Assembly (NCBI RefSeq): GCF_009914755.1
Contig: NC_060942.1
Origin: the human T2T-CHM13v2.0 reference genome, Homo sapiens
Reading direction: 5' to 3' (one strand)
Length of the DNA stretch: 64,000 nucleotides
Below the pieces are notes generated by a model, which saw only the letters and a list, made by a program, of their open reading frames with translations, made no database searches and was not told the origin of the DNA. The position numbers were made by a program, and so were the translations under genes. Position 1 is the stretch's first letter, and each line of letters begins with the position of its first letter. Positions 62,534-64,000 of the stretch are shown here, piece by piece.

Positions 62534-63334
62534 AGGGGCATGATATTCAAATGATTTGGAAATGGAATAAAATCCAAACGGGCTGCCATTTCTCTGCCCT
62601 CACACTCCCCTTTTCTCCACCCAGTCAAAACCCTAAAAGAAGAATGCCATAGCCATTACCCAGGACCGCCATGGATCTTGGCTTCAGGAGACAGGGTGAG
62701 AGAACACTCCTAAGTGTGGGACCACCAGTGCTTAGTGCTGGAAGGGCAGTAAGACAAGGAGGCCTAGGAGGAATCTGGTCTGTTTGGCTTCAGTGAGAGA
62801 GCCAAGTTCAACTTTTCTCTGTGTTTGTGTGCATGCACACGTGCACGCATGCCCATACATGTGTGTTTGTGACATCTACATGGATGGATGCCAGAGGGCA
62901 AGGAGGTACTCTGGCCACAGAAACCAGGAATGAGGAAGCATTTTAGGTTTAATCTTGGCTTTCCTTCCCAGCCCAGATGAATTTAGGAATTTGCTCTCTC
63001 AGAAACAATATGAAGCATGCACTGCATTTGGGGGCCTCCAGTGCATTTTCAGGGCTAAAGAAATGAAACGAGAAGATTGAAGAGGGAAACTTTATTTTCT
63101 AATGTCATCCCTTGGCATTTGATTTGGGATTCTGTTAATTGCTGAACAAGGAGAAACATGAAAAAAGTAGACAACAGACCCCGGAGTGCTATTAGTGATG
63201 GGAGTGTGACCTGGGAGAACTGGCTGTCCTATTCCAGGCTGACAAGGAAGATGTATCATATCTGGCTTGTTGTGGAGGAAAAACTAGCCTTTCCTAGCTT
63301 TTACCAACACAATTTCCCGTACCTGAGAAGGAGC

Positions 63335-63465
63335 AGAGCATGCAGATCCAAGTTTGAATACTGGCTTTGCTCCTTACCTGCTATGTGGTCTTGGGCAAGT
63401 TATTTAACTGATGTGAGCCTCAGTTTCCTTGTTGATAAAATGAGGATAGGACTATTCAAAGGCTT
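63335..63465 (+). mobile_element. MIR (interrupted by MLT1C)
   Basis: gtttgaatactggctttgc...cttgggcaagttatttaac..gagcctcagtttcctt. Confidence 0.85.
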
Positions 63466-63932
63466 TGTGGTAGTATGCTAGCACTGCCATCACAAAGTGC
63501 CGCAAACTGGATGGCTTAAATAACAGAAATTTATTGTCTCACACTTCTGGTGTCCAGAAGTCAGAGATCAAGGTATTGATAGAGTTCATTCCTTCTGAGA
63601 CTGTGAGGAAGATTCTGTTCCATGTCTCTCCTCTTGCTTCTGGTGGTTTGCTGGCAATCTTTGACTTTCGTTGGCATGTCAAGGCATCACTCAGATCTCT
63701 GCCTTCATCCTCACACAGTATTCTCCCTTTGTGTATGTCTCTATATCCAAATTTCCTCTTTTTATTAAGACACAGGTTATGTTGGATTAGGAGCCCACCC
63801 TACTCCATTATAACCTTATCTTAACTCATTACATCTGGGATAAACTTATTTCCAAATAAGATTATACTCTAATATATTAAGAGTTAGGACTTCAACATAT
63901 GAATTTTGGGAAGATACAATCAATTCATAAAA
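63466..63932 (-). mobile_element. MaLR LTR MLT1C-like
   Basis: caaactggatggcttaaataacagaaatttattgtctcac...gttaggacttcaacatatgaattt; perfect 5-bp TSD ggctt at 63461 and 63933. Confidence 0.92.
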
Positions 63933-64000
63933 GGCTTGTCAGAAAAAAAAGTGAGATGTATATAAAGCTTAATTACAAATTAAGTGTTCCATAAAGGAAG

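Noticed and set aside
62827-62852. Short palindrome gtgtgcatgcacac
   Set aside because: Common by-product of decayed (TG)/(CA) tracts

Overview
Primate (human-like) non-coding genomic DNA, intronic or intergenic. I see no credible protein-coding exon, CpG island, tRNA/rRNA or CRISPR array. Much of the window is interspersed repeat: Alu (J/S/Y), L1 (L1PA, L1MB, L1MC), many MIR, L2 and L3/CR1 relics, MaLR/ERV solo LTRs, a near-full-length Tigger1, MER1A and a MER82-like element. The only ORFs with recognisable homology are decayed L1 ORF2 and Tigger1 transposase fragments. The most notable structures are: an L1PA insertion whose TSDs enclose ~96 bp of extra 3' sequence (probable 3' transduction); a fold-back micro-inversion inside Tigger1; a 5'-inverted L1MB carrying a 31-bp triplication; an old local duplication of an L2-derived segment; three co-oriented CTCF-like motifs; and several repeat-free, homeobox-site-rich blocks that look like conserved enhancers. 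I could not identify the host locus and found no evidence of a new coding system. Subfamily names come from recalled consensus sequences, and boundaries of old repeats are approximate.
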